Shown: piece by piece, positions 63,956 through 64,000 of the stretch
Position numbering within the stretch: the stretch's first letter is position 1
Layout: every line of letters begins with the position of its first letter
Assembly (NCBI RefSeq): GCF_001194135.2
Contig: NC_068990.1
Coordinates: 26,853,107 to 26,917,106 of the forward strand
Source: Octopus bimaculoides
Taxonomy: Eukaryota
Length of the DNA stretch: 64,000 nt
Reading direction: 5' to 3'
Program-made: the position numbers and the translations under genes
The notes under the pieces: model-generated
The model's database searches: none
What the model was told of the DNA's origin: nothing
The model's input: only the letters and a program-made list of their open reading frames with translations

Positions 63956-63997
<42 letters not shown>

Positions 63998-64000
63998 CAC

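Overview
AT-rich eukaryotic DNA, densely repetitive, with many assembly gaps (N runs). The SINE families, RTE-type tails ending in (GAT)n and the microsatellite load resemble octopus (cephalopod) repeats; the species cannot be confirmed from sequence alone. No host protein-coding gene can be supported, so the window looks intergenic or intronic. It contains tRNA-derived SINEs of at least three families, LINE fragments (RTE, RLE-type R4/NeSL-like), two Penelope-like elements (one Naiad-like with its 3' hammerhead-bearing end), two decayed mariner elements, an internally deleted Tc1, a dimeric MITE and a Gypsy integrase/PPT remnant. The main signal is about ten type I hammerhead ribozyme (HHR) motifs from about seven unrelated sequence families, read and folded by eye. 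Most sit in tiny non-coding elements embedded in (TA)n or (AAT)n. One is preceded by a tRNA-like Pol III head, and two show head-to-head inverted duplications, suggesting Penelope-mobilised, retrozyme-like mini-elements. A GC-rich 15-unit repeat array at 42.05-42.58 kb is unexplained. Repeat boundaries are approximate (tens of bp); HHR, TIR and palindrome coordinates were counted base by base.
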